Assembly (NCBI GenBank): GCA_041497675.1
Contig: JBGQGY010000092.1
Location: 1-15,805, forward strand
Direction: 5' to 3'
Length of the DNA: 15,805 bases
Source of the DNA: a bacterium
Lineage (GTDB): Bacteria; Sysuimicrobiota; Sysuimicrobiia; Sysuimicrobiales; Humicultoraceae
In this document: piece after piece, positions 8,185-14,841 of the stretch
Layout: each line of letters begins with the position of its first letter
Position numbering within the stretch: the stretch's first letter is position 1
Made by a program: the position numbers and the translations under genes
Notes under the pieces: generated by a model
Told to the model about the DNA's origin: nothing
Database searches by the model: none
Seen by the model: only the letters and a program-made list of their open reading frames with translations

Positions 8185-8997
8185 CTACTGGCGCTGCGTC
8201 GGCGTGTAGACGGTACGGTGCGGCCCGTCGATCGACAGCTTACCCGCCGAGTACCCTCCGTCGACGTAGACGGCCTGCCCGGTGACGAATTTGGCCTGAT
8301 CCGACGCGAGGAACAACACCATATCGGCGATCTCCTGAGGATCGGCGAGACGGCCTACAGGAATCTCTTTGAGGTGGTTGTCCCGATACTCATCGGTCGG
8401 GTAGGACTTCGAGATGTTCTTGATGTCGGTCAACCCCGGGGCGACGACATTCGCCGTGATCCCGTGAGACCCGAGCTCCAGGGCGAGCACCCTGGTGAAA
8501 TGCGCGGCGCCGGCCTTGGAGGCGCAGTGCGCCGCCGCTTTCACGCGCGCGATCGCCCCGGCCCCCGAGCCGATGTTGATGATGCGGCCGCCCCGCCCCT
8601 GGCTGATCATCCGGCGTGCCGCGGCGCGACAGGTCAAGAATACCGCGCGGAGCTGCGTATCGACCTGAAAGTCCCACTCCTCATCGGTCATCTCCACCAC
8701 GGTCTTGTGCACGCCGACCCCCGCACAGTTCACCAGGATATCTACGCCGCCGTACGCGCGCACCGTCTCTTCAAACAGACGCTCTACCGCGGCGCTATCG
8801 GTCACGTCGGTCTTGACGAACATGACCGTGCCCCCCTCGGCGCGCAAGCCCTGGGCGACCTGCTGCCCCCACTCCTCATTTACGTCGGCAATCACACCGC
8901 TGCCGCCCTGTTTGACGAGTGACTGCAGGATCACCCGACAGATCCCGGATGCCGCACCCGTCACGATCGCCGTCTTTCCCGCGAACTGGCCTCCCAT
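8185..8997 (-). CDS. Short-chain dehydrogenase/reductase (SDR) family oxidoreductase, atypical active site (HxxxK)
   Basis: Rossmann motif TGAASGIC, Asp after beta-2 (VIADVN, NAD-type), VDILVNCAG, IINIGS, HCASK in place of YxxxK, NVVAPG, VTGQAVYVDGG; GGAGGGG SD. Confidence 0.93.
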   Translation of the reverse strand: MGGQFAGKTAIVTGAASGICRVILQSLVKQGGSGVIADVNEEWGQQVAQGLRAEGGTVMFVKTDVTDSAAVERLFEETVRAYGGVDILVNCAGVGVHKTVVEMTDEEWDFQVDTQLRAVFLTCRAAARRMISQGRGGRIINIGSGAGAIARVKAAAHCASKAGAAHFTRVLALELGSHGITANVVAPGLTDIKNISKSYPTDEYRDNHLKEIPVGRLADPQEIADMVLFLASDQAKFVTGQAVYVDGGYSAGKLSIDGPHRTVYTPTQRQ

Positions 8998-9497
8998 ATG
9001 AACCCCTCCCGCATCGTGCGTGGTTTTGAACGTATTTCGGTTCTCTGCCGCGCTCTCCTAGCGAAAGATGGGGCAGCGCTGTTTGGGGTTGTCTGGTTCC
9101 AGCAGGCGGCCCAGTCGGTGCGGATGCAGGTCTGAGCCGCATGGAGCGAGGTGCGCCCGGCGCATACGTCGCGGTGCAGACGATTTTCCAGACGGTCCTT
9201 GATCTTCGCCTCGGCCAGTGGTTGGGGCCAGAGGTTAGTCACGGCATTGGCCCCTCCGAGTTCGATGGGAACGAGGTGATCATACTGCTGGGCCCCAGGA
9301 TGCGGTGTGTAGTCATACCGCCGATCCACAGCACGTCGTGAGACCGTTGAGATGTGGCGCGCTGCGAGCGCGTAGCGCGGTACGCAGACCACCGTCGCAT
9401 CGGTTGTCAGCACTGCGCCCGGCGTCACCTCTGGCATGGGCAATGCGTAGCCGTGCGACAGCGGTAATGTGATGAGCAGAGCCAGCAGGAAGTTTAC
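8961..9497 (-). pseudogene. Secreted HNH-like (beta-beta-alpha-Me) nuclease-family protein, probably degenerate (start codon apparently lost, C-terminal read-through)
   Basis: Core QYDHLVPIELGGANAVTNLWPQP..KDRLENRLHRDVCAG..AQTCIRTDW. An in-frame signal-peptide-like segment VNFLLALLITLPLSHGYA lies upstream of TTG 9443 behind SD GAGGTG, but the expected start is GTA. The tail runs over the SDR promoter and start. Confidence 0.6.
9036..9059 (-). promoter_or_regulatory. Putative alternative-sigma promoter (AGGA-N16-CGAA) upstream of the SDR
   Basis: Minus strand tAGGAgagcgcggcagagaacCGAAat, about 39 nt before ATG 8997. Confidence 0.55.
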
Positions 9498-9562
9498 GAC
9501 TCTACACCTCGTAGGGATGCTGATTAATATAGACTGGCCCGACGGGTGGCGAGTTGATCTCC

Positions 9563-9582
9563 AACTCGGTCCGGACCGAGTT
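9563..9582. repeat. Perfect 20-bp palindrome AACTCGGTCCGGACCGAGTT
   Basis: aactcggtcc (9563-9572) is the exact reverse complement of ggaccgagtt (9573-9582). Confidence 0.9.
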
Positions 9583-9862
9583 CCTGCAAACTTCCCTCAA
9601 AGTGACGGACACAGCCATGCTGTGATGGCCGACGACGGGCGCCGTAGACGTCATAGCGTTCGCTGCGATCCGGAGTCGGTTGCCCGCCGCGCCAGCCGTG
9701 ACGCCCATGCCCGCCGCGACTCCTGCGCCCGCGCCGACGCCTACGCCGGCACCGTAGACGTTGCGCCTTGTTGAAGCGAGGTTCGCGGAAGTCTGCGAGG
9801 GCTGCTGAAATTGAAGAGCCCTCGGGTCTTCATTGTCTGCGCGGATCCGGCTCGATACGTGC

Positions 9863-9886
9863 AGGGGAGGAAGATGCTCCTCCGAA
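9863..9886 (+). promoter_or_regulatory. Putative alternative-sigma promoter (AGGG-N16-CGAA) upstream of the FAD oxidoreductase
   Basis: gcAGGGgaggaagatgctcctcCGAAct, about 59 nt before ATG 9945. Confidence 0.45.
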
Positions 9887-9944
9887 CTCTCATCCTAGTT
9901 ATGCGCACCAGTTGACGGAAGCATAACCATCGGGGAGAAAAGCC

Positions 9945-11315
9945 ATGGCCAAGCCCACCATCGAACAACTCCGGGAGCGAGTGCGTGGGGACGTAATCAC
10001 CCCCCGCGACGAGGGTTACGAGGAGGCGCGCAAGGTCTACAACGCCATGATCGATCGGCGGCCTCGCGTTGTCGTGCGGTGCGTGAACGCAGGCGACGTC
10101 ATCGCCGCAGTTGACTTCGCACGCGAGAATCAGCTCGACCTGGCGGTACGCGGAGGCGGGCACAGCGTCCCCGGCTTCGGCACCTGCGACGACGGCGTTG
10201 TCGTCGATCTATCCCGCATGCGGGGCATCCGCGTCGATCCCAGAAACCGGACGGCGCGTGCCGAAGGGGGAGCCACCTGGGGCGACTTCAACCACGCAAC
10301 GCATGCCGTCGGCCTCGCGACTACCGGAGGCATCATCTCTACGACAGGCGTAGCCGGCCTCACCCTCGGTGGGGGGATCGGGTACCTTAGCCGCGGTTTC
10401 GGTCTCTCCTGTGACAACTTGGTCTCAGCCGACGTAGTAACCGCCGACGGCCAGTTTCTCATCGCGAGCGACCACGAGAACCAGGACCTGTTCTGGGCGA
10501 TCCGCGGCGGCGGTGGCAATTTCGGCGTGGTGACCTCGTTCGAGTTCCGCCTCCACCCCGTCAAGGACATCTATGGCGGTCCGATCTTGTATGAGTTGAA
10601 AGATGCCGGCACCATCTTGCGCTTCTTTCGCGAGTTTATCGCCAACGCGCCTGAGGAGTTCGGCGGCTTCCCAGCCTTCCAGATCGCGCCGCCGCTCCCA
10701 TTCATCCCTGAGAAGCGACACGGCGATACGTTCTGCATAGTTGTGGCGTGCTGGGCCGGGCCACTCGACAAAGGGGAGCGCGCCCTCAAGCCGCTCCGCG
10801 ACGCGGCGCCCGTGGTCGCTGAACATGTCGGCCCGATGCCATACCCCATGCTCAACACCGCGTTTGATGCCCTGGTGCCACCCGGCCTGCAGCATTATTG
10901 GAAGGCCAACTTCGTGACCGAGCTCACCGACGCGGCGATCGAGGCGCATCTCAAGCACGGGCCGAAGGTACCCGTCGTCAACTCGACGGTCCACATCTAC
11001 CCTATCAATGGCGCTTGCCACCGGGTCGCGTCTGACGCGACGGCGTTCGCGTATCGCGGCGCGAACTTCTCCCCTGTGATCGCCGGCATGTGGCCAAACC
11101 CTGCCGACAACAAGGCCAACATCAAGTGGGTGCGCGACTACTATCAAGCGATCGCGCCCCATTCAGAGGAAGGCGGCTACGTCAACTTCATGGCCGAAGA
11201 CGACCAGGACCGGATCAAGGCCAACTACAGGGGCAACTACGAGCGCCTCGTCAAGATCAAGAGGAAGTACGATCCGAGCAATCTGTTCCACCTAAACCAG
11301 AACATTAAGCCATAG
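9945..11315 (+). CDS. FAD-binding oxidoreductase, VAO/berberine-bridge-enzyme (BBE) family
   Basis: VRGGGHSV (His at the covalent FAD site), TGVAGLTLGGGIG, DLFWAIRGGGGNFGVVT, C-terminal YVNF...KRKYDPSNLF; GGGGAG SD. Confidence 0.96.
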   Translation: MAKPTIEQLRERVRGDVITPRDEGYEEARKVYNAMIDRRPRVVVRCVNAGDVIAAVDFARENQLDLAVRGGGHSVPGFGTCDDGVVVDLSRMRGIRVDPRNRTARAEGGATWGDFNHATHAVGLATTGGIISTTGVAGLTLGGGIGYLSRGFGLSCDNLVSADVVTADGQFLIASDHENQDLFWAIRGGGGNFGVVTSFEFRLHPVKDIYGGPILYELKDAGTILRFFREFIANAPEEFGGFPAFQIAPPLPFIPEKRHGDTFCIVVACWAGPLDKGERALKPLRDAAPVVAEHVGPMPYPMLNTAFDALVPPGLQHYWKANFVTELTDAAIEAHLKHGPKVPVVNSTVHIYPINGACHRVASDATAFAYRGANFSPVIAGMWPNPADNKANIKWVRDYYQAIAPHSEEGGYVNFMAEDDQDRIKANYRGNYERLVKIKRKYDPSNLFHLNQNIKP

Positions 11316-11427
11316 CAATTACCAGTAAGGCGAGTTCTGCCCCTGCTTCACTTGTACCTGGCTGATGTGGCTTACGAAGAGAAAGGTGGATGCCTTACAT
11401 TCGGCTCAGACAGTCTCGCGATCGTGA

Positions 11428-11574
11428 TCAACGTCCGAAGGCAAGACTGCTCAGCAGCCGCCTGATTCCGGCAAAATGCCCAGCTGGATGTTTTCTCGGC
11501 CGCGCCTTCTCCGCCTCGGCGAAGTTGCGTTCATGTGCGATGTGATTAGCCAAAAGCGATGCGACGAAGAACAT
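11428..11574 (-). CDS. Small hypothetical protein (48 aa)
   Basis: MFFVASLLANHIAHERNFAEAEKARPRKHPAGHFAGIRRLLSSLAFGR; ATG 13 nt after the MFS stop, preceded by purine-rich GAAGGGA at normal SD spacing. Confidence 0.5.
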   Translation of the reverse strand: MFFVASLLANHIAHERNFAEAEKARPRKHPAGHFAGIRRLLSSLAFGR

Positions 11575-11587
11575 CTCGATCCCTTCT

Positions 11588-12835
11588 CTAGCGGGGCACA
11601 GTCGGCGCTGTCGCGGCCGCACCGCGCGGACGAGGCGTCAACCGAGAGGCATCAGGCAGCCTCCGCTCCAGCGTAAGCGCCGAGACGGCCGCCGCAATTG
11701 CCACAGCCGCAGCAGCGAGGAATACCGCCGTCGGCGAGAGGCTCAGCAGTTGCGTACCAAGTGTCGGCGCGAGCGCCAGTCCGACCCACCACGACAGTCC
11801 CATCGACGCCATGTAGCGGCCACGCAGGCTCGTCGGCGCAAGCTCGGCGACGAGCGGCATCAGCGCCGTCGTATGGAAGCATTCGCCGACGCCAACCGCG
11901 ATCATTGCCGTGACCAATACCGCGTACGCCGTGTCGGTGCTGACGCCTGCGGCGACCACGAGCAGGCAAGCGCCAGCGAAAATCGACGCCGCCAGCGCCA
12001 TCATCACCACCCGTCGGCGTCCCTCGGCGAGCCTAGCGATCGGCACTTGGGCGACGACGACCGTAGCGGCGTTGGCGAGCAGCAGCAACCCGATCAGCCG
12101 CGCGCTGATGCCGATCTCGTTCTTGGCGTACGGAGGTACGAGAAATGAGAAGACACCCCAGCCGACCGCGATCATCGCCACGTTGGTGAAGGCGAGATGC
12201 ATGAAGGCACGGTCACGAACGACGAGCCGGTATCCGCCCGCGATCGGCTCCGGTCGCACGTCGTCGCGCACGACGGCGACCAACACCGACACATAGGCGA
12301 GGTAGGTGAGCGCGTTGACCAAGAACAGCACGACGTACCCGGTCAAACCGTAGGCCGCGACGAGGCCGCCGAGGGCGCCGCCGATCCCGATGCCGGCGTT
12401 GCTGGCAACACGCGAGACTGCGGTTGCGCGATGGCGGAGGTCCGACGGCGCGAGCGTCGCCAGCAGCGTCGACTGGCTCGGATTCAGCGCGCCGTTTCCG
12501 GCGCCCGCGAACGCAGCGGCCGCGAAGGCATGAGCTGGCGAGTGAGCAAACGCCAAGCCGGCATAACCGGCGGCCAGCGCAATGCCGCCGCCGGTAGCGG
12601 TCGCACGAGCCCCGAAGCGGTCGATCAGCGGGCCCACGAGCGGCGCAATCACAACCGCGGCACCGGCGATCATGCCGATCACGAGACCAGCGACGCCCAG
12701 ACTGAACCCACGACCATCGTGCAGATAGATGACCTCGAACGGGAGGACAGCGCCATACCCCAGGTAGTTCAAGAAGATCCCGACCTCGACGAGCCAAAGC
12801 TCGCGCGAGAGACCCAAGCTGAGACGGCGCGCCAT
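11588..12835 (-). CDS. MFS transporter (probable drug/metabolite exporter)
   Basis: About 12 hydrophobic segments, motif A GPLIDRFGAR, loop ELAPTSLRGRYMA. ATG 12835 lies 4 nt after the DinB stop (alternative TTG at 12862). Confidence 0.92.
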   Translation of the reverse strand: MARRLSLGLSRELWLVEVGIFLNYLGYGAVLPFEVIYLHDGRGFSLGVAGLVIGMIAGAAVVIAPLVGPLIDRFGARATATGGGIALAAGYAGLAFAHSPAHAFAAAAFAGAGNGALNPSQSTLLATLAPSDLRHRATAVSRVASNAGIGIGGALGGLVAAYGLTGYVVLFLVNALTYLAYVSVLVAVVRDDVRPEPIAGGYRLVVRDRAFMHLAFTNVAMIAVGWGVFSFLVPPYAKNEIGISARLIGLLLLANAATVVVAQVPIARLAEGRRRVVMMALAASIFAGACLLVVAAGVSTDTAYAVLVTAMIAVGVGECFHTTALMPLVAELAPTSLRGRYMASMGLSWWVGLALAPTLGTQLLSLSPTAVFLAAAAVAIAAAVSALTLERRLPDASRLTPRPRGAAATAPTVPR

Positions 12836-12839
12836 TCCC

Positions 12840-13304
12840 TTAATCGCGGCGCGGTCGATCAAGCTGCGCGACGTGATGATCCAGGTGGCGATGGTAGTCC
12901 TCCATCAGCCACCCAAGCGTGACGGCGTCGCCGTCGCCGATCCGGCAGGGCGTCGCCAGGCGGTCGGCGGGCATGCGGGCGATCACGTGCGCCAGGTGCT
13001 TGTTGTACGCTCGCCACAGATCGATCAACACCCGCCAGTCCGCGGTCTGGTAGTCCTGGCAGCGCGCCCATCCTTCCTGTTCATACGCCGGGAATCGCAG
13101 CTCGCCGTGCAGGAGCGCGCGGACGAAGCGCTGGTGGTTGTTGGACGCGGAGTCGATCAGGTGCCCGAGGATCTCCTTCTTGGACCATCGCGTGGGTGAC
13201 GGCTTGACCGACGCGTCCGCGTCGCTGACGGCGCGCAGGCGTCCCGCTGCGGCGGACACGGTCTGCCGGAGCCTCTCCGCGTTGTTGCCCGTCATCGACG
13301 TCAC
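12840..13304 (-). CDS. DinB/YfiT-family protein (putative metal-dependent thiol transferase or hydrolase)
   Basis: WSKKEILGHLIDSASNNHQRFVRA and C-terminal DYHRHLDHHVAQL give the DinB four-helix His-triad pattern. Confidence 0.9.
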   Translation of the reverse strand: MTSMTGNNAERLRQTVSAAAGRLRAVSDADASVKPSPTRWSKKEILGHLIDSASNNHQRFVRALLHGELRFPAYEQEGWARCQDYQTADWRVLIDLWRAYNKHLAHVIARMPADRLATPCRIGDGDAVTLGWLMEDYHRHLDHHVAQLDRPRRD

Positions 13305-13313
13305 TGCCTACGC

Positions 13314-13342
13314 ATCCTAAGCGCCGCCGCGGAGCATCTCAA
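13314..13342 (-). promoter_or_regulatory. Sigma70-type promoter of the dinB-MFS operon (TTGAGA-N17-TAGGAT)
   Basis: -35 at 13337-13342 and -10 at 13314-13319 with an exact 17-nt spacer; GTG start 9 nt downstream of the -10. Confidence 0.7.
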
Positions 13343-13358
13343 TTACCACCGAGGTAAT
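13342..13358. promoter_or_regulatory. Palindromic operator ATTACC-N5-GGTAAT, probable binding site of the adjacent XRE/MmyB regulator
   Basis: Perfect 6-bp inverted repeat between the divergent dinB and regulator genes, touching both -35 regions. Confidence 0.7.
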
Positions 13359-13392
13359 GGCGGACGGACTCCCATTAGGTATACTCAATTTC

Positions 13393-14238
13393 ATGAGGGC
13401 CAGACAGAGAACGGCAGAAGGGGCAGACGAATCACCGGCCAGCCCGGTGGGTCGATTACTCAGGCAGTGGCGAGAGCGTCGCCGGATGAGCCAGCTCGCC
13501 CTGGCTATGGAGGCCGAGATTTCTTCGCGCCACCTCAGCTTCGTAGAGACTGGGCGGGGCCACCCGAGCCGCGAGATGGTGCTTCTCCTGGCCGGGGTCT
13601 TGGACGTGCCACCGCGCGCTCGCAACGACCTTCTCGCTGCGGCGGGATATGCGCCGACCTATCGTGAGAGCGGTCTCGACGCGCCGGAGATGGCGCAGTT
13701 CCGCCGGGCGCTGGACTTCATGTTGCGGCAGCAGGAGCCGTATCCCGCCATCGTGCTCGACCGCCACTGGAACATCCTGCTCGCGAATGAGGGCGCCGGT
13801 CGGTTCGTCGGCTTACTGCTCGACCCGGCGGCAGCCGACGTGCTGGGTCCGAATGCCCTTCGACTCATCTGCCATCCTCAGGGTCTTCGACCCTACATCG
13901 TCAATTGGGAGGCGACGGCGGCCGCTCTCATCCAGTGGCTCCACCGCGATCTGCTCCGAGGTGGTGACGCCGAGATTCGGCGTCTGCTGGACGAGCTGCT
14001 GGCATACCCTGACGTACCTGCCAACTGGCGAACGCTCGATCTTGATGCGCCGGCAGCACCGTTTCTGGCTATTGAAGTGCACAAGGGTGACACGCACTTA
14101 CGGTTCTTTACAACCCTGACGACCCTCGGGACACCCTACGACATTACGCTTCACGAGCTACGCATCGAGAGCTTCTTCCCAGCGGACGACGCCACGGACA
14201 CGGCGTTCCGACGGCTGAGCGCGGCTACCGTTACGTAA
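13393..14238 (+). CDS. XRE-family HTH transcriptional regulator with MmyB-like ligand-binding domain
   Basis: LLRQWRERRRMSQLALAMEAEISSRHLSFVETGR..PSR HTH; EPYPAIVLDRHWN and FFTTLTTLGTPYDITLHELRIESFFPAD C-terminus. Start set at ATG 13393 because TATACT (13380-13385) lies 7 nt upstream (leaderless); the ORF track uses 13357. Confidence 0.93.
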   Translation: MRARQRTAEGADESPASPVGRLLRQWRERRRMSQLALAMEAEISSRHLSFVETGRGHPSREMVLLLAGVLDVPPRARNDLLAAAGYAPTYRESGLDAPEMAQFRRALDFMLRQQEPYPAIVLDRHWNILLANEGAGRFVGLLLDPAAADVLGPNALRLICHPQGLRPYIVNWEATAAALIQWLHRDLLRGGDAEIRRLLDELLAYPDVPANWRTLDLDAPAAPFLAIEVHKGDTHLRFFTTLTTLGTPYDITLHELRIESFFPADDATDTAFRRLSAATVT

Positions 14239-14258
14239 GACCACCGTCCACTTACCCC

Positions 14259-14780
14259 ATGGACACGATGCATTGTGCCCGGCATCCACACGTGGAGACC
14301 CTCCTGACCTGTGTGACGTGCGGGACACCCATTTGCCCAGAGTGCATGATCGAGACACCTGTTGGGATGAAGTGCCCCCTTTGCGGCCGGAGTCCCATTC
14401 CGGCCGTCTACCGAGTGAACCCGATCCGACTGGCATCGGCGATGGCCGCCAGCGTCGTCTCGGGGACGATGGCCGGCGCGATCTTGCTCTCGCTGGGTGG
14501 TTTTGGCCTCATCACCGTGCTGCTCAGCGTCGCCATCGGCGTCGGCGCCGGCGAGGTCGCGGGCCGCGCATCTGGAGGCAAGCGCGGGGTCGTGCTCAGC
14601 CTGGCCACAGCGACCTCGCTTGTTGTCGGGGGGTTGCTCGTCGCACCGCATTTACTGTCGGTGCTGCTGGGATTCGGCGCGCTGCCGCCGGGCGAGTTGA
14701 TGGCGCTACTCAGCCACCGGCCATTCTATGTGCTCGCGATCGTACTGAGCGGCGTCACCGCCTACTCGCGCCTGCGGTAG
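14259..14780 (+). CDS. Membrane protein with N-terminal B-box-type zinc finger
   Basis: CARHP..ETLLTCVTCGTPICPECMIETPVGMKCPLC followed by about 4 hydrophobic helices. Confidence 0.82.
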   Translation: MDTMHCARHPHVETLLTCVTCGTPICPECMIETPVGMKCPLCGRSPIPAVYRVNPIRLASAMAASVVSGTMAGAILLSLGGFGLITVLLSVAIGVGAGEVAGRASGGKRGVVLSLATATSLVVGGLLVAPHLLSVLLGFGALPPGELMALLSHRPFYVLAIVLSGVTAYSRLR

Positions 14781-14841
14781 ACTTCGATTCGACTCACCGA
14801 TGAGCTGACCCAGGCGTACGCGCGCAGTTTCCCTGGAGAGA

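Noticed and set aside
8044..8922. 292-aa + strand ORF opposite the SDR
   Set aside because: Long antisense ORFs opposite GC-rich SDR genes are a known codon-bias effect; no domain evidence.
9469..9774. 101-aa + ORF and 68-aa - ORF (9502-9708) in the intergenic region
   Set aside because: No recognisable motifs or convincing SD; they overlap the HNH leader and the Pro/Ala/Thr remnant.
11316..11398. CAATTACCA half-match to the XRE operator, and GTAAGGC/GCCTTAC inverted repeat (11325-11331, 11392-11398)
   Set aside because: Only a half-site between convergent gene ends; a 7-bp stem over 60 nt is within chance and no RNA family was recognised.
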